Virus record (IMG/VR): IMGVR_UViG_3300024346_000004
DNA length: 64,000 nucleotides
Source: a virus
Lineage: Duplodnaviria; Caudoviricetes
Direction: 5' to 3' (one strand)
Below the pieces are notes generated by a model. That model was not told the DNA's origin. It did no database searches and saw only the letters and a list, made by a program, of their open reading frames with translations. The position numbers and the translations under genes are program-made. Positions within the stretch are counted from its first letter, which is position 1. Each line of letters opens with the position of its first letter. Shown piece after piece: positions 39,746-47,766 of this stretch.

Positions 39746-39755
39746 GGGGGATAAT

Positions 39756-40253
39756 ATGGGTAGATTAAAGAAAGTTGTTGAAGAGACTACTGTAGAAGCT
39801 GTGGAAGTTTTCGAAGATGTTGAAACTGTAGAAAACGTAGAAGTAATGGAAGATACAGTAGAAGCGTTAAGGGAGCCTGTTAATATTAGTACAGGTGAGT
39901 TTTATGCTGTTTTCGAGGATGATAGATTAATTGGATATGCTAGGGAAAATTCGAGTAGTTTAGCAAGATATCAAGAATCTAATTATAATGAGTTAAGTGA
40001 TATGTTAGAGAGATATAGTATTCCTTTCGAGAATGAGAAGGATATTTTATTTGCTAACCTTGGATCTGATGCTAATTTATATCAATCATGGGCACAGTAT
40101 CAGCATCAAACGGGAGTAGCGCCTTCTGTTCCACCTATTGTTAACTTACTAGGGTATCACGGTAAGAGACTTAATATCCAGGATCCAGAAGAAATTGTTG
40201 TTAGATCACATGCTTTTAAATATGTGTTCCAGGTTATTGAAGAACTTGATTAA
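39756..40253 (+). CDS. Hypothetical protein with a Glu/Val-rich N-terminus
   Basis: GGGGG SD before MGRLKK. Confidence 0.7.
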   Translation: MGRLKKVVEETTVEAVEVFEDVETVENVEVMEDTVEALREPVNISTGEFYAVFEDDRLIGYARENSSSLARYQESNYNELSDMLERYSIPFENEKDILFANLGSDANLYQSWAQYQHQTGVAPSVPPIVNLLGYHGKRLNIQDPEEIVVRSHAFKYVFQVIEELD

Positions 40254-40263
40254 TATAGTAGAG

Positions 40264-40470
40264 ATGACTGTTTATAGTTATAGTATTAAATTAAAATACT
40301 ATAACTATACTAATGAGTTTTTCGAGTATTTAAAAGGTAAAGAAGATAAGAATGATATTTATGATTTGCGATTTGATAACCATACAATATTTTTCTTTTC
40401 GAAGAGTAAATATACCGGCAATAAATTAATTCAAGAATTCGAGAAGAACAAATTAGAAGACATGGTATAA
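40264..40470 (+). CDS. Hypothetical protein
   Basis: Start reassigned to MTVYSY. Confidence 0.55.
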   Translation: MTVYSYSIKLKYYNYTNEFFEYLKGKEDKNDIYDLRFDNHTIFFFSKSKYTGNKLIQEFEKNKLEDMV

Positions 40471-40478
40471 TGTGTTAG

Positions 40479-40934
40479 ATGAAGCCAGATTATTTAGAAC
40501 ATAGAAATTATTTGGTTAATTATCTTTCTCTTATTTCGAGGGATAGATTATTAGCTGAAGATTTAGTTCAAAGTGTTTTAATTAATTATTGGATTAATAA
40601 ACCTGTAGTAAATAATGTTCGAGGTTATCTTAAAATGATGGCTAAAAACTCTTATATAGATTATTACAGGATTAAGAAACTTAGCATTGTAGATTTAGAG
40701 CAAGCTTATCTTATAAATAATGATGTAAATATTTCGAGAGAAGTGGAAGCTAAGGAAACGTTAAGATCTTTAAAAATCGAGATTGAAAAATTCGAGTCTA
40801 TAGATCGTGATATAATGTTATGTTTGTTAGAGGGATATAGTCTTAACGAAATAGCTGTTAATATGAATCTTAATTATAATACAGTTAAGGTTAAAGTATT
40901 TCGAGCTAGGAAGAAGTTAAGTGCTATATTATAA
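40479..40934 (+). CDS. ECF-type (group 4) RNA polymerase sigma factor
   Basis: Region 2 AEDLVQ..AKNSYIDYYR; region 4 GYSLNEIA..NTVKVKVFRARKKL. Confidence 0.88.
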   Translation: MKPDYLEHRNYLVNYLSLISRDRLLAEDLVQSVLINYWINKPVVNNVRGYLKMMAKNSYIDYYRIKKLSIVDLEQAYLINNDVNISREVEAKETLRSLKIEIEKFESIDRDIMLCLLEGYSLNEIAVNMNLNYNTVKVKVFRARKKLSAIL

Positions 40935-40945
40935 AAGGAAAAAAT

Positions 40946-41398
40946 ATGAAGATCTTTTTATCTATTGCAGCTTTATTGGCTGTTTCTAATTGTTATGCTT
41001 TAGAGTATGGTCCAGCAGCTCCACCTAAGGCACAATCATTTTTTGTCAAGCCTGGTTTTAAGGACGGCAAGATTCAGAGTGTTTCCATGGGTGTATCTTT
41101 AGATGGCCGAAACAGTAATGCTCTTCTTGTTACTAATCTTGATTCTTACAAGGTTTTTAATCGTACAGTAGAAACCGTAGCTACCGTTAGTACAGATCGC
41201 TATGGTAATAAGGCTGCTGTTGGTGCTGGTCTATTACTTCCATTAGGTGAGCATTTCGGTGTATCTCTTAAAGCTGGGGCCTATTTCGAAGGTACAGATT
41301 TAGCTGATAAGGGTCGTATTAGTAATCGTGTCGTTCCCGCAGTTACATGTAGAATCGATTTGAATAAGACACTATCCGTATTAGGTGTTCGTCTCTAA
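40946..41398 (+). CDS. Exported beta-rich protein (possible outer-membrane protein)
   Basis: Signal peptide MKIFLSIAALLAVSNCYA; amphipathic strands; ends SVLGVRL. Confidence 0.6.
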   Translation: MKIFLSIAALLAVSNCYALEYGPAAPPKAQSFFVKPGFKDGKIQSVSMGVSLDGRNSNALLVTNLDSYKVFNRTVETVATVSTDRYGNKAAVGAGLLLPLGEHFGVSLKAGAYFEGTDLADKGRISNRVVPAVTCRIDLNKTLSVLGVRL

Positions 41399-41432
41399 AG
41401 TGTAACCGTACTTAATCTGGAAATTATTATAT

Positions 41433-41747
41433 ATGATAATTTCCAGTTACACATTAAAATCTAAATGGGATCTCTGCAAAATTTGTGGAGATCCTTTTCT
41501 TACATGTACGTTTAGTAACATTTGTAAAAACTGTGAAAAATATGAAAAAGACAGAATAATAATAATAGCTAAATTAAAATTCATCTTATTATTATTTATT
41601 ATTATATATCCGATATTTGCTACAGGATTATTTTTCTTATTAGATTATTTTAAATCTAGTCTTATTCACAAGCTGGCCGGTCTATTATTTTTAATTCCGC
41701 CATTTGGATATATATTAAACAAGAAAATAAATAATACAACATTATGA
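41433..41747 (+). CDS. Zn-finger membrane protein
   Basis: CKIC..CKNC followed by two TM helices. Confidence 0.6.
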   Translation: MIISSYTLKSKWDLCKICGDPFLTCTFSNICKNCEKYEKDRIIIIAKLKFILLLFIIIYPIFATGLFFLLDYFKSSLIHKLAGLLFLIPPFGYILNKKINNTTL

Positions 41748-42358
41748 ATATTATCGTTTTATATACTCAAGCGAAATTATTAGCCCATATTGTAGGATCT
41801 TTTAAAAACGTAATAAAAGGAGATTTAATTTCTATTATCCCTTTATTAGAACAAAACATTACCGCAGCTGTTAATGAAGGTGAACTGGAAGAGATATTCA
41901 TTTTAAGATTACATAACTTAAAATATAATCTATACACAATACAAAAAGAAATAAAATATCTAAATGTATTACAGGAGAATAAAGTTATATTAGATCTTAA
42001 ACATAGATTAATACAATTCTCTAATAAGAATAAAAATAATCCTAATGTTGGTGAATCTTTTTATATAACATTAGAGGAACTGGACATTATAAGGGATTCA
42101 TTAAATTTCTATATTAATATTATGCTGGGAGATTTAGGTTCTGCTTTTAATATAGTAAAACCTTATAGAGATTTCTTCGTTGATTTTTCTATATATAATA
42201 ATCTCGCAAGTGGTTTTTTAGACAACGTTACCTTCCATAAAATAACATCAAAAAAGATATTCCGCAAAGTTAGATGGGGGTATGATATATATAGAGGATT
42301 ACTTCAGGAAGACCATAAATTAATTGGAACCTTACCTGGAATAAAAATAACAAGATGA
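41744..42358 (+). CDS. Hypothetical protein
   Basis: 204 aa, ATGA overlaps at both ends. Confidence 0.7.
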   Translation: MNIIVLYTQAKLLAHIVGSFKNVIKGDLISIIPLLEQNITAAVNEGELEEIFILRLHNLKYNLYTIQKEIKYLNVLQENKVILDLKHRLIQFSNKNKNNPNVGESFYITLEELDIIRDSLNFYINIMLGDLGSAFNIVKPYRDFFVDFSIYNNLASGFLDNVTFHKITSKKIFRKVRWGYDIYRGLLQEDHKLIGTLPGIKITR

Positions 42359-42579
42359 CATTATTAGATTTGACCGCTATTGATAGATTAATAGATTTAT
42401 ATGGAGATGACCAGTTAGTACGATTTTTAGAAAATGATAATGTGTACAGCCTTGAAGATTTCAGATTATTGTGTGAAGATAATAACTGGAATTTCTCTAT
42501 TGATGAGTTCCAAGTATCTGTCTCTGATTTCCCATTATCCCAAGAAGAACCAATTTTAGCCCTTGTAAAAAATGACTAG
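42355..42579 (+). CDS. Hypothetical protein
   Basis: 74 aa acidic ORF, operonic. Confidence 0.65.
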   Translation: MTLLDLTAIDRLIDLYGDDQLVRFLENDNVYSLEDFRLLCEDNNWNFSIDEFQVSVSDFPLSQEEPILALVKND

Positions 42580-43045
42580 CGATCTTTATCAACACGAATA
42601 TAATAACTTAAATCATTACAACCATAATCACTTGTCTAGATTTTTAGATAAGATTAATTACCCAGACCCAAGAAATGTAAACCCAAAAAACATAGATAAA
42701 AAGATTAGAGACGGTATAGTAAGAATCAATAAAAGCAATTGGGTTTGGACTGTATACTCATGTTCAGGTCATATGAATAAATTTTCTCATCCTTATATCG
42801 TATTTATTGTAGATAATAAATATAAAGGACTACTGTTAGAGAATATATATAATTCATTTAATAAAGACATTGATGATATTAACTTTCCTCTATTTGGCGG
42901 AAGAACATTTGAAATCTCTACCGGCTATTCTGATAATAAATTCTCTATGCTTTCTCTACATATATCTGGTTACAAACGAAGCCGACTAAAAGAATACCAA
43001 TCTATACTAAATAATATACTTTTGAACATTCTCCTTTCACCATAG
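42572..43045 (+). CDS. TYW3-like fold protein (paralog of 31753..32220)
   Basis: IDKKI..IN..WT..SCSGH..PY. Confidence 0.6.
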   Translation: MTSDLYQHEYNNLNHYNHNHLSRFLDKINYPDPRNVNPKNIDKKIRDGIVRINKSNWVWTVYSCSGHMNKFSHPYIVFIVDNKYKGLLLENIYNSFNKDIDDINFPLFGGRTFEISTGYSDNKFSMLSLHISGYKRSRLKEYQSILNNILLNILLSP

Positions 43046-43047
43046 AT

Positions 43048-43075
43048 ATATTATCATATGCTACATAGGATGCAA
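43048..43075 (-). promoter_or_regulatory. Inverted copy of the early sigma70 promoter family
   Basis: Minus strand TTGCAT-cctatgtagcatatga-TAATAT. Confidence 0.65.
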
Positions 43076-43191
43076 TATAATCCCTAATTTATTTTAGGGA
43101 TTTTTTGTTTTAATCCACAAGCCTAACCTCCAGTGTAACATAATAGAAATTTAGTGTTGCTAGTGTTATAGTAAATGTGATATATTAGGGC

Positions 43192-43443
43192 ATGAGAAAA
43201 ATGCGAGTGGTTTTTACAGCAGAGTTTGAAATACCAGATAATGTTGTAATTCATGACGGCGGAATATTCGAATGTGAAGGCGTAGTATTTGAACCTGAAT
43301 TAAACTTTAATTGTGTCGAAGTGGATGTTAATAATCCAGAAGAATTGATTCAGTTTCCTAATGATATCTGGTCTGTTAGTGAATATGAAATTAAACATAT
43401 TCGAGTAAATTCAACAATAGAGGTAGAGAATAATGAAGATTAA
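43192..43443 (+). CDS. Early hypothetical protein
   Basis: ATG 5 nt after TATATT; resembles the next gene (F...EIPD..V.H). Confidence 0.7.
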   Translation: MRKMRVVFTAEFEIPDNVVIHDGGIFECEGVVFEPELNFNCVEVDVNNPEELIQFPNDIWSVSEYEIKHIRVNSTIEVENNED

Positions 43444-43669
43444 TTTTTCAGTTACCGGCACTATGGAAATTCCTGATGATGCAGTTTTTCATCAAGATAT
43501 TTTAAATCAATTATATGCAGTTGAGTTTAATAATAAAATGTATATGCTTCAGGTATGTTTAGTTGCTGAAAGTCCTAATGGTGAATATGAAATGTTACAC
43601 CAATATGACGACATGGAAAAACATGATATTAAAAATGTTCGTTATGATTCAGCAGAGTTTAGCGAATAA
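43433..43669 (+). CDS. Early hypothetical protein
   Basis: GAGG SD; MKINFSVTGTMEIPDD. Confidence 0.7.
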   Translation: MKINFSVTGTMEIPDDAVFHQDILNQLYAVEFNNKMYMLQVCLVAESPNGEYEMLHQYDDMEKHDIKNVRYDSAEFSE

Positions 43670-43701
43670 AATATAGCCCAGAAAATAATCTGGGCTTTTT
43701 C

Positions 43702-43730
43702 TTGCTATCGTATGTAACAGGTGATACTAT
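43702..43730 (+). promoter_or_regulatory. Early sigma70 promoter
   Basis: TTGCTA-17-TACTAT with TG extension and TGTAACAGGTG spacer. Confidence 0.75.
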
Positions 43731-43762
43731 TCTTTGTTGGTGATTTTGATTAGGAGAATAAA

Positions 43763-44416
43763 ATGCCGAACTGGGTAATGAACGAACTAACCTGCATCTT
43801 CCAAACTAAGGAAGAGTGCGATTCTTTTATGAGCAAGGTAGATGAAGATAATTTATATCATTCTTTCTTCCCTATGCCTGAGATTTTGAGCGAAACACAA
43901 AGTCCTGATGTTAATGTAAATGCATTGATTCTTGATTACAATCGGGAAACAAATTCTACAGCAATGGGTCTCACTGAAATTATCAACAGTGGTCATTCTT
44001 TGTTTACAAGTATTGCACAACAGGCTCTCAAGAATCAACAAGCACAAATCGCTACTGGATTCACTAACTGGTACGATTGGTCTGTTGATAATTGGGGTGT
44101 CAAGTGGGATGCTTCTCAAGTTATAGTAAAAAAACTACCTGATTTCAATACAGTAATTTATTCTTTCAATAGTCCTTGGGATACTCCAGAGAAATTTGTA
44201 GAAGGATTGTCTAAACTGTATCCTAATGTTGTATTCGAGATGGTATCGGGTTCTATTGAAAATGATAACCATTATGAGTTTACCTGTAAGGATGGCAAAC
44301 TTGAAATAACCTGTTGCTATGGTTCATTTCGAGAAGCCGTAGAATGTGGTAAATGGGGCGGTATGGCTGAATGGGCTGAAGTATTTGAGGAGAGTGAAGA
44401 AAGTGACGCTGAGTAA
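43763..44416 (+). CDS. DUF1281 / YubB ferredoxin-like protein
   Basis: MPNWVMNEL..WYDWSVDNWGVKWDA..FNSPWDTP. Confidence 0.85.
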   Translation: MPNWVMNELTCIFQTKEECDSFMSKVDEDNLYHSFFPMPEILSETQSPDVNVNALILDYNRETNSTAMGLTEIINSGHSLFTSIAQQALKNQQAQIATGFTNWYDWSVDNWGVKWDASQVIVKKLPDFNTVIYSFNSPWDTPEKFVEGLSKLYPNVVFEMVSGSIENDNHYEFTCKDGKLEITCCYGSFREAVECGKWGGMAEWAEVFEESEESDAE

Positions 44417-44612
44417 ACTTATCGCAGAACTCCAGAAAATTAAAAAAGAGTATGGAGACGTTGATTGTGTCCTCTCTATTGACACATCTGATGCTTTTAA
44501 TGAGACTAACCTTCTTGATGTTGTAGTAAATAAATATGAAGCAATGGACACTAATGATGGTTATGTCTATAGTGTATGTCTTCACGGTGAACTGACCCAA
44601 CAAGAAGACTAA
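44403..44612 (+). CDS. Hypothetical protein
   Basis: GTG start; TLSKLIAELQKIKKEYGDV. Confidence 0.65.
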   Translation: MTLSKLIAELQKIKKEYGDVDCVLSIDTSDAFNETNLLDVVVNKYEAMDTNDGYVYSVCLHGELTQQED

Positions 44613-44620
44613 AAGATATT

Positions 44621-44659
44621 GGGGAGATGCTTGCATCTCCCCTTATCATATGTTATAAT
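44621..44659 (+). promoter_or_regulatory. Hairpin-embedded sigma70 promoter
   Basis: GGGGAGATGC-TT-GCATCTCCCC contains TTGCAT; 17 nt to TATAAT. Confidence 0.75.
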
Positions 44660-44664
44660 AAGCC

Positions 44665-44862
44665 ATGGAAAACCTTAAGTGGATATCAGCAATGTCAGAA
44701 CGATTGAGAGATGAACTTTCAAAAGAGTATGATGACGAAACTAAAGATTTAATTATTAGAGCATTTCGTAACGGGCTATTCCAAAATCCCGGTATTGTGG
44801 AAGAATTAAAATCTTCTTCTCTAATTGAATCAGATTATTTCGAGGATGCAGATGAAGATTGA
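44665..44862 (+). CDS. Hypothetical protein (leaderless candidate)
   Basis: ATG 5 nt after TATAAT. Confidence 0.65.
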   Translation: MENLKWISAMSERLRDELSKEYDDETKDLIIRAFRNGLFQNPGIVEELKSSSLIESDYFEDADED

Positions 44863-45073
44863 AAAATTTATCTATATGGCTGATGGCTTCTATGTTTATA
44901 AAATGGAAGATGGATATGCAGTCAAAGACCAATTCGGCTATACATTAAAAACAGCCAAGACAGTTAAGACTTGCGAGAGATATGTCCAACTACAATTACA
45001 AACAAGAAGAGTAGCAGAAAGATATGCAATTGAAAAAATTAATGACGAACACAAAAAAAATCGAGCAAGTTAA
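44852..45073 (+). CDS. Hypothetical protein
   Basis: GAGG SD before MKIEKF. Confidence 0.65.
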   Translation: MKIEKFIYMADGFYVYKMEDGYAVKDQFGYTLKTAKTVKTCERYVQLQLQTRRVAERYAIEKINDEHKKNRAS

Positions 45074-45103
45074 AGAACTAAAAGAACAAGGTATAATTTA
45101 AAT

Positions 45104-45352
45104 ATGTTGCCTATAATCAGTGTATTAATTTTATCTTCCTTAAACCCGATTAAGAATTTCGTATCATTAAAAACTTATATCTCTGAGAATGCTAAGATTC
45201 ATTGTCAAGTATATTTTATTGATGAAAATATCGCAGACTATCCTAGAGTAAATATAATCGAAAAATCCAAAGATGATTTTTTTATATATCTAGATTCTAT
45301 TGGGGTAGAACACAAACAACTAGGCGGATACTATTTTTTTAAGAAGAAATAA
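45104..45352 (+). CDS. Small exported protein
   Basis: Hydrophobic N-terminus; ATG 6 nt after TATAAT. Confidence 0.55.
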   Translation: MLPIISVLILSSLNPIKNFVSLKTYISENAKIHCQVYFIDENIADYPRVNIIEKSKDDFFIYLDSIGVEHKQLGGYYFFKKK

Positions 45353-45453
45353 TTCACAATGATGTATATTATTTTATTTGATATTATTGTAACAATTGTT
45401 ATACTTTTTGTTATTACTAGGTTGAAATCTAGATTGCGGTGATATAATACCTT

Positions 45454-46350
45454 ATGAACCTCTCCTTGTGTTGTATATCTAATGTCTTGGCTGAACAGGG
45501 ATATAAATTCCGCACCATGACATATAAATCTTTTTCTTCCAAACCGAGAGAGGAATCATTAGAAAAGTTATCTTCTATAATAAGTAATAATTTTTCTGTT
45601 GCTGAGAAGATAGTAAAGCATTGTTCTTCTTCTGGTATTAAAGGTTATCGTTTGTCTTCTGATTTATGTCCAGTAATTAAGCATCCTGATGTTATGTTAA
45701 ATTTAGAAGATTTGCCTAACTATGGATTTATTAAGTATGAGATAGATAAATTAAAAAGAACTATTAAAGAAACAGGTATTCGTGTTTCTGCTCATCCATC
45801 AGAATATATTACTCTTACTTCTGATGACCCTGTGAAAGTAAATCATTCTATTGTTGATTTGGAATTTCATGGGGAGATATTTGATAGATTAGAATTATCC
45901 CAAACGTATTATAATCCACTTAATATCCATGTACGAAAAGAAGGCGAAGCAGATGCATTAGCCAAAACATTCATGGATAATTATAATAAGTTATCTGACA
46001 GTGTAAAGAATAGACTTGTATTAGAAAATAATGATACAGGTAATACTTGGACTGTTGCTAATCTAAAGAAATATTTTTATTCTTCTCACGGTATTCCAGT
46101 AACATTTGATAATTTACATCACGAAATGTTAAATCATGGAACATCTTATTATGATGCTTTTTATGATGCTCTTTCTACTTGGACAGTTCAGCCTTTATTC
46201 CATTACAGTGAAGGAAAGAACGGTACAAGAGCGCACAAGGATATGGCGGAGCATTTACCTACACATTATGATGAAGATGTAATGTTTGATGTAGAGCTTA
46301 AGAGTAAAGACTATGCTATACTGGATATGTTGAGGAAAAACAATGGATAA
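45454..46350 (+). CDS. uvsE: UV DNA damage endonuclease (UvdE/UvsE)
   Basis: LCCI, YRLSSDL, RVSAHPSEY, RLVLENND, FDNLHH, HYSE, RAHKD, ELKSKD. Confidence 0.93.
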   Translation: MNLSLCCISNVLAEQGYKFRTMTYKSFSSKPREESLEKLSSIISNNFSVAEKIVKHCSSSGIKGYRLSSDLCPVIKHPDVMLNLEDLPNYGFIKYEIDKLKRTIKETGIRVSAHPSEYITLTSDDPVKVNHSIVDLEFHGEIFDRLELSQTYYNPLNIHVRKEGEADALAKTFMDNYNKLSDSVKNRLVLENNDTGNTWTVANLKKYFYSSHGIPVTFDNLHHEMLNHGTSYYDAFYDALSTWTVQPLFHYSEGKNGTRAHKDMAEHLPTHYDEDVMFDVELKSKDYAILDMLRKNNG

Positions 46351-46564
46351 AGTAATCTCGCAGTTAAAATCTTTTGATATCGTAAATAAGAATGAAGGTT
46401 TACAGACACAATCTATTTCATTCAGAGACAAAGATAATAATCTCCATATGATGATTCGAAATAGGATGACTTTTGATTCCTGTTCTCTTTATAGCAATGT
46501 GGATGGTGAGAATGTTAATATTGTAATTCCTAGAATCCATTTTGACACATATTGGAATTTCTAA
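46343..46564 (+). CDS. Hypothetical protein
   Basis: Overlaps the uvsE stop; GAGG SD. Confidence 0.6.
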   Translation: MDKVISQLKSFDIVNKNEGLQTQSISFRDKDNNLHMMIRNRMTFDSCSLYSNVDGENVNIVIPRIHFDTYWNF

Positions 46565-47078
46565 TGTGGATATTACATTAAAAGAATTATATGATAGATT
46601 AAATAATGAACCTTGGGGATGGGCAGTCTCTCCTATTTTAAATACAATAGGCGGGTCAGGCTTATTCCCCACTGTTGCTTTCTTCTTGTTAAAAGAACAT
46701 AAAGCAATATTAGGTTTAGGCGATAGAAATGAATCATCTGTCTTCGCATTACCAGATTTAGATTTGTCATCCACAGAAGCAACAAAATTATCTGTAAATA
46801 TGATGCAGTTAACCGCATTTGAAAAAGAAGCAGACGGTGTTGCTATTATTGGTGTGGGATACAAAGACGATGATACAGAAGAATATACCGCTTATTGTAG
46901 AATAGAAATGCCTAACAAACATTATTTATCTAAAACAAACAGCAATATAAAGAATAATAAATTAATATTCAACTTATCTAATCTATTCAATTTTATCGAA
47001 TATGATAATTTAAACTTAGATATGACATACTCCAGAATATTACCAAATAACTATATTGAAATAAATCCAGAAATTTGA
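46542..47078 (+). CDS. Hypothetical protein
   Basis: 178 aa ORF, TTG start. Confidence 0.6.
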   Translation: MTHIGISNVDITLKELYDRLNNEPWGWAVSPILNTIGGSGLFPTVAFFLLKEHKAILGLGDRNESSVFALPDLDLSSTEATKLSVNMMQLTAFEKEADGVAIIGVGYKDDDTEEYTAYCRIEMPNKHYLSKTNSNIKNNKLIFNLSNLFNFIEYDNLNLDMTYSRILPNNYIEINPEI

Positions 47079-47084
47079 TACACT

Positions 47085-47321
47085 ATGCAAGAATACAAAT
47101 TCTTAGTGGCTGGAACTATGAAGTCTAATCTAAAACCTCATAAAGACGAAAATGGGAATGTTATGTTAGAAGATGAATGTGGGAATTTATATCTCCCATG
47201 CTTAGGTGTAGTAAAATTAGATTCAAATAATAAAGAACATTTTATTAATGAATCTATACTAAACTCTATTGGTCTTGAATCAATAGAATATAATCAGAAA
47301 ACAGGAATCTATGGGAAATAA
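47085..47321 (+). CDS. Hypothetical protein
   Basis: 78 aa; weakly similar to 43433..43669 (F.V.GTM..Y..CL). Confidence 0.6.
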   Translation: MQEYKFLVAGTMKSNLKPHKDENGNVMLEDECGNLYLPCLGVVKLDSNNKEHFINESILNSIGLESIEYNQKTGIYGK

Positions 47322-47673
47322 TTATATCACTTACAATTCAAAAGGTGCTAAACCACAACCTGAAAGAATCGGAACTCATGCTAAACTAAATAGAGTAAGA
47401 TTAATTTATAACCAAAGAGTTCGTGAATTAAATTATAATAACGTTTCTGTATGCGATGTTATTACACAGAATGGCTACGTTATATCTTATCATAATCTAC
47501 TAACAATTTTATCAAGAGGAACGATGAACGCAAATCATATTAAACAATTGGCAAAAGCAATACAAGTAGATGAACATATGCTAGCAGAAGCCTGTATTAA
47601 AACATACAATAATTGGAAAAATAAAATAGTAGAAGACTATGGTGATGTTGACCAGTTTATAGATAACTTTTAA
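47311..47673 (+). CDS. Putative HTH DNA-binding protein
   Basis: ISYHNLLTILSRG..IKQLAKAIQV, XRE-like pattern. Confidence 0.55.
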   Translation: MGNNYITYNSKGAKPQPERIGTHAKLNRVRLIYNQRVRELNYNNVSVCDVITQNGYVISYHNLLTILSRGTMNANHIKQLAKAIQVDEHMLAEACIKTYNNWKNKIVEDYGDVDQFIDNF

Positions 47674-47718
47674 ATTATAAGAGAGACAATAATATGTCTC
47701 TCTTTTTTTGTCCCTACC

Positions 47719-47746
47719 TTGCAATGTGTAGCATATGTGGTAATAT
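47719..47746 (+). promoter_or_regulatory. Early sigma70 promoter
   Basis: TTGCAA-tgtgtagcatatgtgg-TAATAT; near-identical copy at 51517. Confidence 0.75.
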
Positions 47747-47766
47747 ATGTGTGAAGGGATTTTATT

